Source: Oceanospirillales bacterium (GTDB taxonomy: Bacteria > Pseudomonadota > Gammaproteobacteria > Pseudomonadales > Balneatricaceae). From it: a stretch of 64,000 bases of DNA. The DNA is taken from the NCBI GenBank assembly GCA_029027825.1, contig CP093399.1, forward strand, positions 177,828 to 241,827, read 5' to 3'. The position numbers and the translations under genes are program-made. Of the stretch, positions 18,885 to 31,500 are shown one piece after another (within the stretch, counting starts at the first letter, position 1; every line of letters starts with the position of its first letter). The notes under the pieces are model-generated. The model was not told the DNA's origin and did not search any database. It saw only the letters and a program-made list of their open reading frames with translations.

Positions 18885-18943
18885 AAACACCGTAATACCG
18901 AGCGCAGTTATCATGCCCTCAGGGTAAGTTATGCAGAGGTCTC
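18878..18943 (+). repeat. Family B right-end fragment overlapping the hmuV stop codon
   Basis: taccgagcgcagttatcat...gggtaagttatgcagaggtctc matches 5838-5882. Confidence 0.75.
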
Positions 18944-18957
18944 AGGGAATAAAAAAT

Positions 18958-20448
18958 TTATTGAGTCAATACTTTCTCTACCGATTGCTGCCAGCGCTGC
19001 TGGTGGATCTGACGCTGCTGATCATTCCAATCGGGGCTGAACTCAGATTGGCATTGCCAGCGACTGCTAATGTCATCTAGTGAGCTAAATATTCCCGCTT
19101 GCAATCCCGCTAAATAAGCGACGCCCAGTGCGGTTGTCTCTACTAGTGCGGGGCGCTGTACATCTACAGCTGTTAAATCACTTAGGAATTGTAACATCCA
19201 GCTGTTGTTCGCCATGCCACCATCTACTCTGAGTTTATTTAATTGGATGTTTTCATCTTCTATCGCGGTGATTAGGTCTTTAGTTTGATAGCAGACCGCT
19301 TTTAAGGCCGCCGCCACAATGTCGGCAATACCGGTATCCCGCGTGAGGCCAAAAATAGCACCCCTTGCGTTAGGGTCCCAATGCGGCGCACCGAGCCCTG
19401 TAAAGGCCGGCACCATCACTACTTGAGAGTCACTATTTGCCGATTCAGCAAGCTTTTCTACTTCTCTTACATCATCGATAATTTTAAGACCATCGCGCAG
19501 CCATTGAATCGCTGCACCGGCGATAAAAATACTGCCCTCCAATGCGTAAGTTACTTGTCCATTCAGGCGATAGGCAACCGTGGTTAGCAATCGATGTTGT
19601 GATTTAATCGCTTTATTACCAGTATTTATAATTAAGAAACAGCCTGTACCGTAAGTGCATTTAGCCATTCCAGTGTTAAAACAGGCTTGGCCAAAGAGTG
19701 CTGCTTGTTGATCGCCAGCTATGCCGCCGATTGGAATGCTGGCGCCAAATAGCTGCTTGTCGCAGCGACCAAAATCCGCTGAACAATCTAAGACTTGAGG
19801 CAGCATAGACGCCGGTATATTGAAAAGAGCTAAAAGTTCAGCATCCCATTGTTGGGTGTGAATATTAAAAAGCATAGTTCTAGAGGCATTAGTCGCATCG
19901 GTATAGTGGCTTTCACCTGCCGTTAAATGCCAGAGTAAATAGCAGTCGACGGTGCCAAATAGTAATTCACCTGCTAGAGCCCTGGCTTTGACACCGGCAA
20001 TATTCTGCAAAATCCAATTAATTTTGCTGGCAGAAAAATAGGAATCAATTAATAATCCGGTTTTATCGGTAATTAATTCACTGTATCCTTGCTCCACTAA
20101 ATCAGCACAATATTGGTGGGTACGCCTATCTTGCCAAACGATAGCGTTATACACTGGATCGCCGGTTTTTTTATCCCAAACAATGGTGGTCTCTCGCTGG
20201 TTGGTAATGCCGATAGAGCGGATTTGATCGGGTTTAAGCTGGGCTTGTTTTATCACTTGTCTACAAGTTGCAAGTACGGTATTTAAAATATCTAGTGGGC
20301 AATGCTCAACCCAGCCGTCAGCGGGGAATACCTGACTGAACTCTTGCTGAGCTTGACTAATTAATTGCGCATCGCTATCAAAAATAATTGCTCTAGAGCT
20401 TGTCGTACCTTGATCTATAGAGAGAATGTATGATTTCATTCTTTGCAT
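18958..20448 (-). CDS. glpK: Glycerol kinase (start 20448 or 20439)
   Basis: [58 protein letters not shown]. Confidence 0.96.
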   Translation of the reverse strand: MQRMKSYILSIDQGTTSSRAIIFDSDAQLISQAQQEFSQVFPADGWVEHCPLDILNTVLATCRQVIKQAQLKPDQIRSIGITNQRETTIVWDKKTGDPVYNAIVWQDRRTHQYCADLVEQGYSELITDKTGLLIDSYFSASKINWILQNIAGVKARALAGELLFGTVDCYLLWHLTAGESHYTDATNASRTMLFNIHTQQWDAELLALFNIPASMLPQVLDCSADFGRCDKQLFGASIPIGGIAGDQQAALFGQACFNTGMAKCTYGTGCFLIINTGNKAIKSQHRLLTTVAYRLNGQVTYALEGSIFIAGAAIQWLRDGLKIIDDVREVEKLAESANSDSQVVMVPAFTGLGAPHWDPNARGAIFGLTRDTGIADIVAAALKAVCYQTKDLITAIEDENIQLNKLRVDGGMANNSWMLQFLSDLTAVDVQRPALVETTALGVAYLAGLQAGIFSSLDDISSRWQCQSEFSPDWNDQQRQIHQQRWQQSVEKVLTQ

Positions 20449-20601
20449 GCCTTGCTATTAAGGTGCGGGCGCAATAACCTACACAATATTATTTGTAGAA
20501 TGAATGGAAATCTCACTATTACAATTACGGCACTGAGAGACAAAGCCGCAGTCCCCATTCGAGATACTTACATTTAGCCATAACTGGATGATAGACATTT
20601 A

Positions 20602-21363
20602 ATGACTAGCCAGCAGAGACAAAGCAAAATATTAGCCCTGATTAACCAGAAAGGCTTTATAAGTATTGATGAATTAGTAGAGCTTTTTGATGTGACACCG
20701 CAAACTATTCGGCGGGATCTTAATCAAATGGCAGATGCTAATAAAATACGTCGTCATCATGGCGGAGCAGAGAGAGAATCTAGCACAGAGAATGAAAATT
20801 ATCAAAGTCGGAAAATTCAAAATTTAGCGGCTAAAAAAGCGATGGCTCAGCAAGTAGCGGCAATGGTACCCAACGGATCCGCTATCTTTATTAATATAGG
20901 TACTTCTACTGAATTAGTTGCCAGGGCTCTCTTGCAACATACTGCTTTGAGGATAGTGACCAATAATATCCATGTCGCGTCTATTTTATCGGCCAATAAA
21001 GATTTTCAAGTTATCATTGCAGCGGGAGAAGTGCGGCACAGTGACGGTGGCATCGTTGGCGAGGCAACCTGTGACTTTATTAGCCAATTCAATATGGATA
21101 TTGGAATCATCGGCATTAGTGGCATCGGCAATGACGGCTCATTACTGGATTATGACTTCCGGGAAGTCAAAGTTGCTCAGGCAATCATCGCTAACTCAAG
21201 TAAGGTGATACTGACAGCTGATCATTCAAAATTTGGCCGTAGTGCGATGGTTAAACAAGCGAATATCAATCAAATAGATGTCTTAGTGACAGATCAAGCG
21301 GTGCCTGAAAATGTTGCCAATATCTTGTCGGAACAAAATATAGCGGTGATCATTTGTGACTGA
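20602..21363 (+). CDS. glpR: DeoR family glycerol-3-phosphate regulon repressor
   Basis: VTPQTIRRDLN HTH, RRHHGGA, FINIGTSTE; divergent from glpK. Confidence 0.92.
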   Translation: MTSQQRQSKILALINQKGFISIDELVELFDVTPQTIRRDLNQMADANKIRRHHGGAERESSTENENYQSRKIQNLAAKKAMAQQVAAMVPNGSAIFINIGTSTELVARALLQHTALRIVTNNIHVASILSANKDFQVIIAAGEVRHSDGGIVGEATCDFISQFNMDIGIIGISGIGNDGSLLDYDFREVKVAQAIIANSSKVILTADHSKFGRSAMVKQANINQIDVLVTDQAVPENVANILSEQNIAVIICD

Positions 21364-21497
21364 TAAAGTGGATTAATTGCAAATAGTCATCTTAAATGTA
21401 AAGAGTTAGTGTTAAAAAAACACGTCTTTGATAGCGTTCATATTTATAGTAAAAGTTGCACCTATCGTCATAGGTATAACTGTTTAAGGGGTTAACA

Positions 21498-22733
21498 GTG
21501 GTAGATCAAATTAAACGCCTGGGTGAGGAACAAGAGCTCGATATATTGTTTGCTCGACATTCTATTTATACAAAAAACCGAGATGTAGAATACTACGAGT
21601 TGTTGTTCCGTAGTAAAGATAATGCTTTTGATCCTAATATTGCTGATGAACAAGCAACTTTTGAGGTGATTGTAAATAACTATGCCAACGTGATTAAAGA
21701 CGGCATGCAAAAAACAGTACCTTGTTTTATTAAAGTGACTGATGATTTATTGTTGAATAACAAGTTGCCTGACTTGCCAAAAGGCCGTTTTGTTTTGTCA
21801 CTATTAGGTCGATCAAAGATAACACCTGAGTTAGTTGAAAAGTTAAAAGAACTGGGCAATCAAGGTGTGAGGTTGGCGCTTTCAGACTATGATCCTAGAG
21901 AGCGACGTTTTGACGTGTTGTTGAATATAGTACATATCATTAAGCTGGATATTCAACGCTTAGGTATGGAAAACCTACCTGGTTTGATCGCTAAGCTCAA
22001 GCCGTTCCATCTTGAATTGCTCGCAGATAAAGTAGAGTCACAAGAGCAATATAATCAATGTGCCACTATGGGTTTTTCGCTTTACCAAGGATTTTTTCTC
22101 AGCGAGCCAACCACCGTTAAAGGCAAAAAAATAGCTGCGAACAAAACAGTATTATTACAATTGTTGGCGGAGTTTGACCGCCCTGGTGCAAATGCTAAAA
22201 GCATCGAAGAGCTGGCGTTAAATGATCCAAATCTAACCTATAAAATTTTAAAAGTAGTTAACTCTGCGGCGTTTAATACGCCTAAGGAAATCATTTCACT
22301 ATCTCACGCGATAAGTATACTGGGAATGGCCCAGATAAAACGTTGGGTGGTTATATTTATGACAACCGGGGAAGAGCACGCCGTTCCCGACCTGGTATCG
22401 AATATGCTTGTACGAGGGAGAATGTGTGAAATAATTTCTGAGATGACCGGACAACATGATCCGATTAGCCATTTCATGGTAGGTTTACTGTCCCAGTTAG
22501 ATGTGCTGCTGAATATTGAAATGAGTGATTTATTAGATCAGATGCCCTTAAGCAATGAAATTAGCAACGCTATTTTAGATCATAAAGGTAAAATGGGTGA
22601 GATATTAAGCGATGTTAAATACTACCAACACGGTGACTTTGATTCAGTGAAAGGCAATATGAACAGCACTGTCTATCAAGTCGCCTATCGGCATAGTATT
22701 AAATGGGCAGATCAAGTGATGAAAGCTACCTAG
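21498..22733 (+). CDS. EAL-HDOD domain protein (EAL degenerate)
   Basis: YELLFRS; ALSDY and ADKVE in place of ALDDF and AEKVE; HDOD motifs DPNLTYKILKVVNSAAF, RGRMCE, GLLSQLDVLL. Confidence 0.85.
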   Translation: MVDQIKRLGEEQELDILFARHSIYTKNRDVEYYELLFRSKDNAFDPNIADEQATFEVIVNNYANVIKDGMQKTVPCFIKVTDDLLLNNKLPDLPKGRFVLSLLGRSKITPELVEKLKELGNQGVRLALSDYDPRERRFDVLLNIVHIIKLDIQRLGMENLPGLIAKLKPFHLELLADKVESQEQYNQCATMGFSLYQGFFLSEPTTVKGKKIAANKTVLLQLLAEFDRPGANAKSIEELALNDPNLTYKILKVVNSAAFNTPKEIISLSHAISILGMAQIKRWVVIFMTTGEEHAVPDLVSNMLVRGRMCEIISEMTGQHDPISHFMVGLLSQLDVLLNIEMSDLLDQMPLSNEISNAILDHKGKMGEILSDVKYYQHGDFDSVKGNMNSTVYQVAYRHSIKWADQVMKAT

Positions 22734-22772
22734 TTTTCATCTATAAGCTAAGCTACCCCCCCCTCTATAAAA

Positions 22773-22810
22773 TTAAGCCTCAGCTGCTCAGCTGGGGCTT
22801 TTTAGTTTTA
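22773..22810 (+). terminator. Rho-independent terminator (copy 1 of a 38-bp direct repeat)
   Basis: aagcctcagc-tgctca-gctggggctt followed by a T-run; 35/38 identical to 36181-36218. Confidence 0.75.
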
Positions 22811-22811
22811 A

Positions 22812-23019
22812 CCTGAATAAGTGACTTCACTGCACCACATAGCGCAAGCTCTTGATTCACGGCGGTTAGAAAAATGCCCGCTGAACCTACGGGTTTTATG
22901 CATGGATGCATTTATTTAGCGAATGCAGGACGCATATGAGCTTGCAGCTAAGATTTTTCAATTCCATCGTAAAACTAATATCTTACACTCTGTATTCACT
23001 TTGAAGTCACGGATTCAGG
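22812..23019 (-). mobile_element. MITE-like repeat family A, 208-bp copy (inverted)
   Basis: Reverse complement aligns end to end with 39497-39704; TIRs present. Confidence 0.85.
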
Positions 23020-23334
23020 TTTAACTAACGGCTCATTGCTCGTTTAGCATGATGCTTCAAAATCAGGCTTTCTAAAATCGCTGAATTACTAACAAGTTGA
23101 TTTTTAATTATATATATTAGTTCCTGATTGACCATCATACTCCGCTTGACTTGATAACTGTCTAACAAAGTGATTAATTCCAACAAGTTAAGCGAAGTTA
23201 TAATATGTTTTTATCATTTAATAATGGTTTAGATTATAGCCAGGTCATTTATTTGTAATTTTTTTTTACTTTAGGTTAGTCTGTGAAGACACAGCACTAA
23301 TCAGGTAGTGTTTTGTTTTTCCTCTGTGCAGCGC

Positions 23335-23396
23335 CTCTGTGTCCTCTGTGGTGAAAAAATCTTTAAAGGATTAGTTTTACGACAGAGGACACAGAG
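23335..23396. repeat. Long hairpin of CACAGAG/CTCTGTG type
   Basis: ctctgtgtcctctgtggtgaaaa pairs with ttttacgacagaggacacagag; inner aatctttaaaggatt. Confidence 0.6.
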
Positions 23397-23804
23397 AAGA
23401 GATTAAAAGCATCTTTTGCTGCGCTGTGGCGGAAACACATGGCTAATCAGGTATTAGTTTATCACCTGCAGGATAACTTGCATTCGTAGAATGAGCTGAT
23501 CCGATTTTGCTCTCCTTATTAATTCAGTACGTTGTCTTCTGCTGATTAAAATTATTTAGAAAAATAACTGTATTGAATAGCATTCTCTATATGCCAAATT
23601 TTTAATAGAGCGTCCAGAAGTGTTTTTAATAAAATAATTTGAAATTATCAAAAAAAACCTTACAAATTTACCTTGCGTTCATTTTGGCAAATCAATAAAC
23701 TCCTTTCCTTAGTTGTTGTTCATTTTACGTTCAGCTTTATTTCGCTTCAAATCATAGAAAGCGTATTAACCTAAACGAATGAGATCTTGCCTAGGAGGCT
23801 GTAA

Positions 23805-25520
23805 GTGTTGTCTTATATTAAATTATATGTACTTAACCTAGCGTTATTTATAGTAAAACTGCACGTTCTATTAATCGCACTAGTTTCTACCTATAGCTAC
23901 GCAAGCTCTCATATTAACCCTCAAGTTATCAATCGAGCTGTTAACGAAATAGATCGGCAAATCAGGCTGCAACGAGAAATCGAAAAATCACTGTTGCCCG
24001 AGAGCCAGCCTAAACAGACCATTCAAACTAACCCCCTGCAGCAGAGTAAAGTTTTAGAGGGTGGTCCATGTTTTAAAATCCGTAAAACAATATTAATCGA
24101 TAGCACTGGCCTTTTACCTATTCCCCTTGACTACACAAAGCTCAATGGTCAATGTGCAGATAGGAAAGCCCTTGTTCAACTATTAGAAAGCATCAATATT
24201 TACTATCAGCAGCAGGGGTTAATAACCACTCGGGTTTACCTTAAGCAGCAGAATTTAAAAAGTGGTGAATTGCTCCTTGTTGCTAAAGCGGGAATATTAA
24301 CAGGCTTTAATTATATATTTGGCAAACCAGTAGATAGACGAGTCACCAGCGCTTATCCTTTTTCTGAAGGAGATTTGATCACCCTAAGAGAGTTAGAACA
24401 GGGATTAGATAACTTAAATAGACTGCAATCACAATCCGCTAAAACTGAATTACAACCAGGTGAACAGCTAGGCCAATCGCAATTAGCCATTGATATAACC
24501 AATGCCAAACCTTGGAGAATTGATTTAGGGTTAAATAACTACGGCGTTAAAACAACCGGAACACGTAAAGCATCCATTGGTTTTGGCTATGATAACCTAT
24601 TGAACCTTAATGATGATTTATATGTAAGCTACAACCAAAATACCAACTCTAGTGCTGCGAACAAACGCAGTAAGAGCTTATCTTTTAGCTACAATATTCC
24701 CTATAAAAATTGGCTGTTTAACTTTTCAACCAGCCAGTACAACTATCGACGGGTACTCTCTGGTATCAATCAAAATTACGACATCGATGGCTTTAGCAAC
24801 AATCGCCGCGTCGGTGCCGATTATCTGTTGTTTCGAAATCAGCAATCACGCGTGTATGCCACTTCCAGCCTAACCCTTAAAAAAAGCCGCAACTTCATTG
24901 AAGATACTGAAATTGAATCACAGTACCGTCGCATAACTTTATTGGAGTTGGGCTTAAAGGGAGATCATCAATTCCAAAATCAAAACTTTATCGACTGGTC
25001 AGTTAGGGTGGTTAAAAACCTAAAAATCCTCACTAGTATGCATGTCATACCGGGGCTTGCTGATGATGATTTTAAATACTTAAGGGGGGGTATAAAACTT
25101 GATGTTCCCCTGGCAAAAAATCGCTACAAATATTCTACCGAGCTAGTATTTCAATATTCAGACGATGAGTTAACTGGCTCTGAGCAATTTAGCGCAGGCG
25201 GCTTAGGCAGTGTCAGAGGCTTCCACACTGAGTCGATCTACGGCAATACCGGTATGTATTGGAGAAACACCTTCTCCACCGCCAATAAAAGTTTTGGTAA
25301 ATGGCAGCTAAAGCCTGAAATATCGTTTGATCTAGGCGCCGTAAAAAGCCCCGCTACTATCACTTGGAGCGACCCTTTGGTGGCAGGTGTCGGTTTAGGA
25401 CTAAGTGCAACATACAAAAAACTTTCAATTAAATTAAATGTGGCTAGGGCAATAAAGCGCCCTAATCAATTAAGAGGCTCAAAAAACCAAGCCTTCTTTT
25501 CACTAAATTACGCATTTTAA
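23805..25520 (+). CDS. cdiB: TpsB/CdiB (ShlB/FhaC/HecB family) secretion pore
   Basis: POTRA motifs GLITTRVYL and LRELEQGLDNLNRL, EQFSAGGLGSVRGF (VRGF motif), C-terminal Phe; directly upstream of TpsA. Confidence 0.9.
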   Translation: MLSYIKLYVLNLALFIVKLHVLLIALVSTYSYASSHINPQVINRAVNEIDRQIRLQREIEKSLLPESQPKQTIQTNPLQQSKVLEGGPCFKIRKTILIDSTGLLPIPLDYTKLNGQCADRKALVQLLESINIYYQQQGLITTRVYLKQQNLKSGELLLVAKAGILTGFNYIFGKPVDRRVTSAYPFSEGDLITLRELEQGLDNLNRLQSQSAKTELQPGEQLGQSQLAIDITNAKPWRIDLGLNNYGVKTTGTRKASIGFGYDNLLNLNDDLYVSYNQNTNSSAANKRSKSLSFSYNIPYKNWLFNFSTSQYNYRRVLSGINQNYDIDGFSNNRRVGADYLLFRNQQSRVYATSSLTLKKSRNFIEDTEIESQYRRITLLELGLKGDHQFQNQNFIDWSVRVVKNLKILTSMHVIPGLADDDFKYLRGGIKLDVPLAKNRYKYSTELVFQYSDDELTGSEQFSAGGLGSVRGFHTESIYGNTGMYWRNTFSTANKSFGKWQLKPEISFDLGAVKSPATITWSDPLVAGVGLGLSATYKKLSIKLNVARAIKRPNQLRGSKNQAFFSLNYAF

Positions 25521-25535
25521 TACAGAGCCATCATC

Positions 25536-28500
25536 ATGAATAATACTATCACCCCCACTAACAACGTGCTTAAACTTCACTGTACTCGAGTGTTAGTCGC
25601 GCTATTAACCTTTCAATTAGCTTTTCAACCGATGACGGCCCTTGCTGAAAATTTTAAACTTGAAGGTGGTGGGAATCACGCACCCAGTACAAGTCGCCCA
25701 TTTGTAGATGGCGCTAATAATGGTGTACCCGTTGTAAATATCAACACGCCTAATAGCCAAGGGCTATCCCACAACACTTACCAGCATTTCAATGTATCCC
25801 CTAGTGGGGTGGTGCTCAATAATAATGCCACCAATGTAAATAGCCAACAGGCGGGTTGGATTGGAGGAAACCCTAATTTGCGGACGGGCAACGAAGCTCG
25901 AATAATTCTCAATGAAGTCATAGGTGCCAGCCGATCACAACTGAATGGCTACATAGAAGTAGCCGGTAAAAAAGCCAATGTGATAGTAGCAAACCCCAAT
26001 GGGGTTACTTGTAATGGCTGTGGTTTTGTCAATACAGATCGAGTAATCCTCACCACCGGTGCTGCACAATTTAACAATGATGGATCATTAAACGCATTTA
26101 GGACCACCACTGGCGACATTCAAATCTTAGGTAATGGTTTAGATGGATCAGGTCAACAGCGAGTAGATATTTTAGGTCAGGCCGTAAAAGTATATGGCAA
26201 AATAAAAGTACAAGGTAAGCTAAATGTTGTCACAGGTAACAACAGCATTGATTACTTAAATGGCCAAGTCACTAAAAATTCAGAGACTGCGGAAGATGGA
26301 AGCATCGGTTTAGATGTATCCAATTTAGGGGGTATGTACGCCAATCAAATCAACTTACAAGTTATTGATAAAGGTGCGGGCGTCAACATGCAAGCGGGGG
26401 AGCTGATTGCCATTGATCAGATATTTTTATCCGCTGATGGTGAGGTTGCTATTGCAGGAGGAAGAATAGAGAGCAGCCAAGCAGACATCATCATCAATGC
26501 TAACAAACTCAGCATAAATGCTGACGAAAATGATACCACTAGCCAGTGGTTAGCCAAACAAGATATCGTTATTAGCACCCAAGCTGATACTAGCCTTAAT
26601 AAAGTCAGTTTTGCTAGCGAAAAGAACATTTCAATTAGCCAAACCAAGTCTGAGTTAGCAGCAAATAGCCATGTATTGCACATAAAGAACAGTCAGTTAG
26701 AAGCCAAGGGAAATCTAAATATAACCGCTGATAAATTAATAATAAGCAACCAATCGGCACTGATAGCAGAGATAAAACTACAGCTGCAAGGCATTGACAT
26801 TGAACTGACTGACAGTGCATTAGTGGTACACACCGATTCTGTAAACAGCAACTATGGTGATCTGCTGATAAGCGCAGAAAAATCTTTTTCAATGACTGGC
26901 GGCTCAATCACTGCAGCCAACAACTTAGATCTACAAGCCAGTTATATTGAAATTAAAAACGCACGGGTAGCGGCACTACACAACTTAACCTTGAATGGAG
27001 TTGGCAGTTTAGCGGCAGACATCGTCAAGGCCGGGCAAATCACTATCGAAGACAGCTACGTGATAGCCGCAGCCGGTGATTTAAAACTTTTTGCCAATAC
27101 CGTAGAGATTAAAGGCACATATGAGTTAGATATCAACAACCTGGAAATTAGAGACGCTAATGGCAATGCGAAGAGCAAAAGCCAACTCTGGGCAGGTAAT
27201 AACATTGAAATCCAAAGTTCAACATTCACCAATACTAACGGCTTACTGTGGGCCGCAAATGATCTACAAATAGATTTAGATGGCCAAGGCACGCGTGCAG
27301 AACGGATTAGCAACCAACAAGGGACCTTAGTGGTAGCCAATGGTGACGTCACTCTAGCAGCAGATTTGGTTGAAAACACCGGTCAAAAGCCCACTTTTAT
27401 TGTCGATGGCATCAATGAAACCTGGACTGACTTAGCAGGCGTTTCAGCAACAGATGTTATTGGCGACACTTATAAATTAATTGATGCGCAATACCTTACC
27501 AACGGCAAGGTAGATAGTACTAACAATGCCGCCTATTTAGATTTATTAATAAGCTTAATGGAAGGAACCCCACTGACAACGGCTGCTAAGAACTTGCTAA
27601 AAGATAGTGTGATCGACGGCGATAAAGTGAAGTCAGAGCTGCGAAACAGCTGGAATTTATTAAAAACCAAAGCCACCGCTCAAAGTATTGCCGATTTAGA
27701 TACTTATTTAAAAGGCTTGCTTGCAACCACCATTGAAAAAGAGATAGCGGGTGTTACCCAAGAGATTACCGTCAGCTTGGCCAGTGGCCTTAATCCTTTA
27801 ATATTAGATGATTACTTAGCACTGTGGGAAGCCGTTATTAACGGAGGCACAATCCCTACCAACAGTTTATCGTTGATTAAAGCTGAAAATAAAACAGATG
27901 AGCAACTGATTAGCAGTGTAAATACTAAGTTCGTTAACATGCGCGCCAGTACCAATGTGCCTTATGAAATCAAGTACTTTTTAAAGGCTGATAAATTAAA
28001 TTTAGACGGCTTTCTCGGTCGAATAATTGCCGGCAATGATATAAATATTGATAGCGATCGCTTTAAAAATATCCACGCAAACCTAGCCGCTGGTAATGAC
28101 ATCACTATTACTGCAGATTCAGAGATGGTCAATCAATCTTTCGCCGCATCAAAAGTAATCGTAGAAGTACACAAAAAAGCCTGTTTTACCTGTCATGAGG
28201 GAAAACAGGGTTATGGGGATAGCTTTGGTGGCAAGCTACAAGCTAAAAATAACTTCTTGTTAAACGTAGCCATAGGTAATTTAAGTAGTACGGTTGAAGA
28301 GAGCAGTAACGGCGACAGTAAAATTGCAGATTTGGTGGTGGCAGTCAATCAAGATACAAGTGCTACCCGTGACCAGTTAGATGAAACCCACGATAATCGC
28401 AGCGACGAAGCTGCTGTCATTACCGCAAAACAGGATTCAGTGGATAGCCTAGGCACTCGTCAAACTGAAGTAAGTGCGGACACAAGAGTAGACAATGCAA

Positions 28501-31500
28501 CAGTCATTAACGGTGAAAATACCAGTGTCAAAATAGTGACCACTGATGGTGTAGTGATAAACATACCAAGGTCACTGATCGGGGTTATCGAAGACAAAAT
28601 TGATACCAGTGAAGTCCCTTTATCTGAAGCACAACTCTACCCCCGTGAGTTGAATTTAAATTATACGGATTATCTAACCTTCTTATCTTCCGCTTTTACA
28701 GCAGGACGATTAGGTAACCATCGTGAATTACGTGACGCAGCGTTTGGTGATGGTTTTCCAAGCCCTGGACAGCTAGCAGACGGCTTCGACAATACTTTAG
28801 GTGATGGTTGGTCTAACCGCAATACCGCTATCGCCAATGAGAATGCATTGACCCGAGAAGAATGGTTACAGCGTACTCAAAGAGCCATGAGAAAAATACA
28901 GCAGCAAATAAAAATCGAGACCTTTATTAGTGGTGCACTCGTTTCAATAATGGATAAAGGTGCTATTAATACACAAAATAGCCTTCACCAAGGTGGCGCA
29001 CTAATTGCCGCACAACAGATTAATTTAAATGTAAAAGGTGATATTAACTTACAAGGTGAAGTTAATGCTGAGCAGCAATTAACCATAGCTACTCAAGGGG
29101 ATCTAAATAGCGAGGCGCAGTTAACCGCTACAAATCAACTGACGATAGACGCTGAAAATATTAAGCAAACAGGCGGTGCTATTAAGGCTAAAAATGTAAT
29201 TTTAAAATCCCAACAAGACACTGACATAATTGCCAGTAATATTGCAGCAGAACAAAATCTTAGTATCGAAGCTGGTAATGACATAAGCATCGGCTCGCAA
29301 TTAAACAAGAGCACCGGCATTAGAGCTGGAAAGCGCTGGAACAGTGAAAAACGAATCGCCTCAGAAATAAACGCCGGTGGTGATATTTCTTTGACCTCCG
29401 GGCAAGATGTCAACATCAAAGGCAGCAGTGTTACCGCACAACAGGCGATAGATGTCACAGCTGGTCGCGATATAAATATTCTATCAGAAACTGAAAAGCG
29501 CGATTATTCCTACACTCAGACAACGGAAAAAATTCTAACTGAGCAAAGCCCTACAGTAAAATCTAGAGACACAGCCGTTGTATCAACCATCACCAAAACG
29601 ACAGTTAACGCTACTGAGCTTGCACAAGCGAAATCCATCCTGAACAGCGGTGCAGATATAACCTTAAATGCAGGTCGCGACTTAAACATCAGCGCTTCTG
29701 ATTTAGTAACTGATAGTAATATTGTTGCACATGCGGATGGCGAGATAAATATAAGCTCGGCCATTACAGAACGCAATGAAGCGAAAGCCGTATCGAAAGC
29801 GACAGTGGTTAAACCTGCCTACAGAGCAAACACGGGTAAATACCGCGACAGAGACGTTGTCTTCAGTGAAGAGAATCAACTCAACGAGCATAAAAAAATC
29901 CAAGTCGCCAGCCACTTAGATGCCCTTGGCAACATACAGCTTAGCTCAGGAACTGATACGACCATTAATGCCAGTCAACTGAATGCCGGTGGCTATATTG
30001 CGATCAAAGCTGCGGATGACATCAATATCACCGCTGAAAATAATCAAATCAATACCTATACAAAGATAGGCAATACCACACAAGCGAACCAAGATACTGT
30101 CGCCGCAGTGTCTGAACTTAAGTCTATCGGCAATTTAATTCTCGAATCAGGCGCTGATGTAAACTTAGAAGGCACTGTACTAGCGGCAATAGAGAAATTA
30201 GAAGTGACCGCCGCAGGGAATATCAACGTAGCAGCGGTGAAACAGCAGCATAATCAACAGCAGCGAACTACAGGCAGTTATACAGAGAATAGACGTCGTA
30301 GAGACGATGACTATACGGTGACCATAGAAACTAGCAATAGCAAGAACTCTCAGTTGACAGACTATAAAGGTGCTAGCTTAAAAGGCGATGGTGTCAGTAT
30401 TTCATCAGGTAAGAGTATTACCGCCACAGCGGCTAATATTGTCAGTGACGATAAGCTAACGCTTAGCGCTGGCGATGATGTTAATTTGGAGGCCGCACAA
30501 GGTACAAGTCAGACACAAACCGATAATACCGGCGGGTCAAAAGGTTTCTTGGGTGGCAGAGGAGCGGCTAAAGTCCAAACAAATACAACCTTCCAACAAG
30601 GCACAACGCTTGAATCAACAGGGGATACTGAAATAACAGCCCTGCAAGATATAAACGTAGCGAGTTCGACTATTCGTGCAAAGCAAGATATCAATATTGC
30701 TGCTGCCAATAATATAATAATCACATCAGAGCGCGAATCCTCAAGTACAAAGAAGGCTTACAGAAATACTTACAATAATAATATGACCCAATCGGGCAGT
30801 GAAATATCTGCCGATGGTAGTACATTGTTATACGCGCAGCAAAACATTGGTGTCGAGGGCTCGCTTATCGATGCCAAAGAAACAACTAAGCTGCAAGCAG
30901 ATGAAAACATTGTAATAAGTTCTGCCGAGGAGTTTAGAACATCAGGCTACTCTTATAAAAAGAAAAGTGGCTTCATGGGGCATCGCAAAAAATCGATCAA
31001 ACACAGCGAACAATACTTAACACACAAAGCCGCGACGCTAAGCGGGGATGAAGGGGTTGAAATAAGCTCTGGTGCTAACACTCAAATAGTTGCGTCAGAT
31101 GTCATCTCTTCCAAGAGTGATATAAACATCGCAACAGGTGGTGAGTTACTACAGTTAGCTCAACTAGATAAAACCCGTATACAACACTCCAAGAAAAAGT
31201 CTTCTGCGTGGGGCTTAGTCAAAAAAAATCATACTTTAGATAAAGTTAATCACTCGGCAAATGGCAGTATTTCTGAAGCGATGGGTAATGTTGCTCTGCG
31301 CTCTGGTGGTAGCACACGATTACAGGCAAGCGAGTTCAAAGCAGCGTCGGTCAACATAACAGCGGGTATTGATACTCAAGGGCAAGTCATCAACCCTAAC
31401 GCTAAAATATACCTAGATTCCATCACCGAGTTTTCTTCACTGCGTGAATCAATTTTTGACTCATCTGGCCTTAAATACATCAGCATAGATAAAGGTTTTG

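Noticed and set aside
23020-23804. Search for a small gene, c-di-GMP riboswitch or tRNA integration site upstream of cdiB
   Set aside because: Only very short ORFs; no GEMM or tRNA motifs recognised
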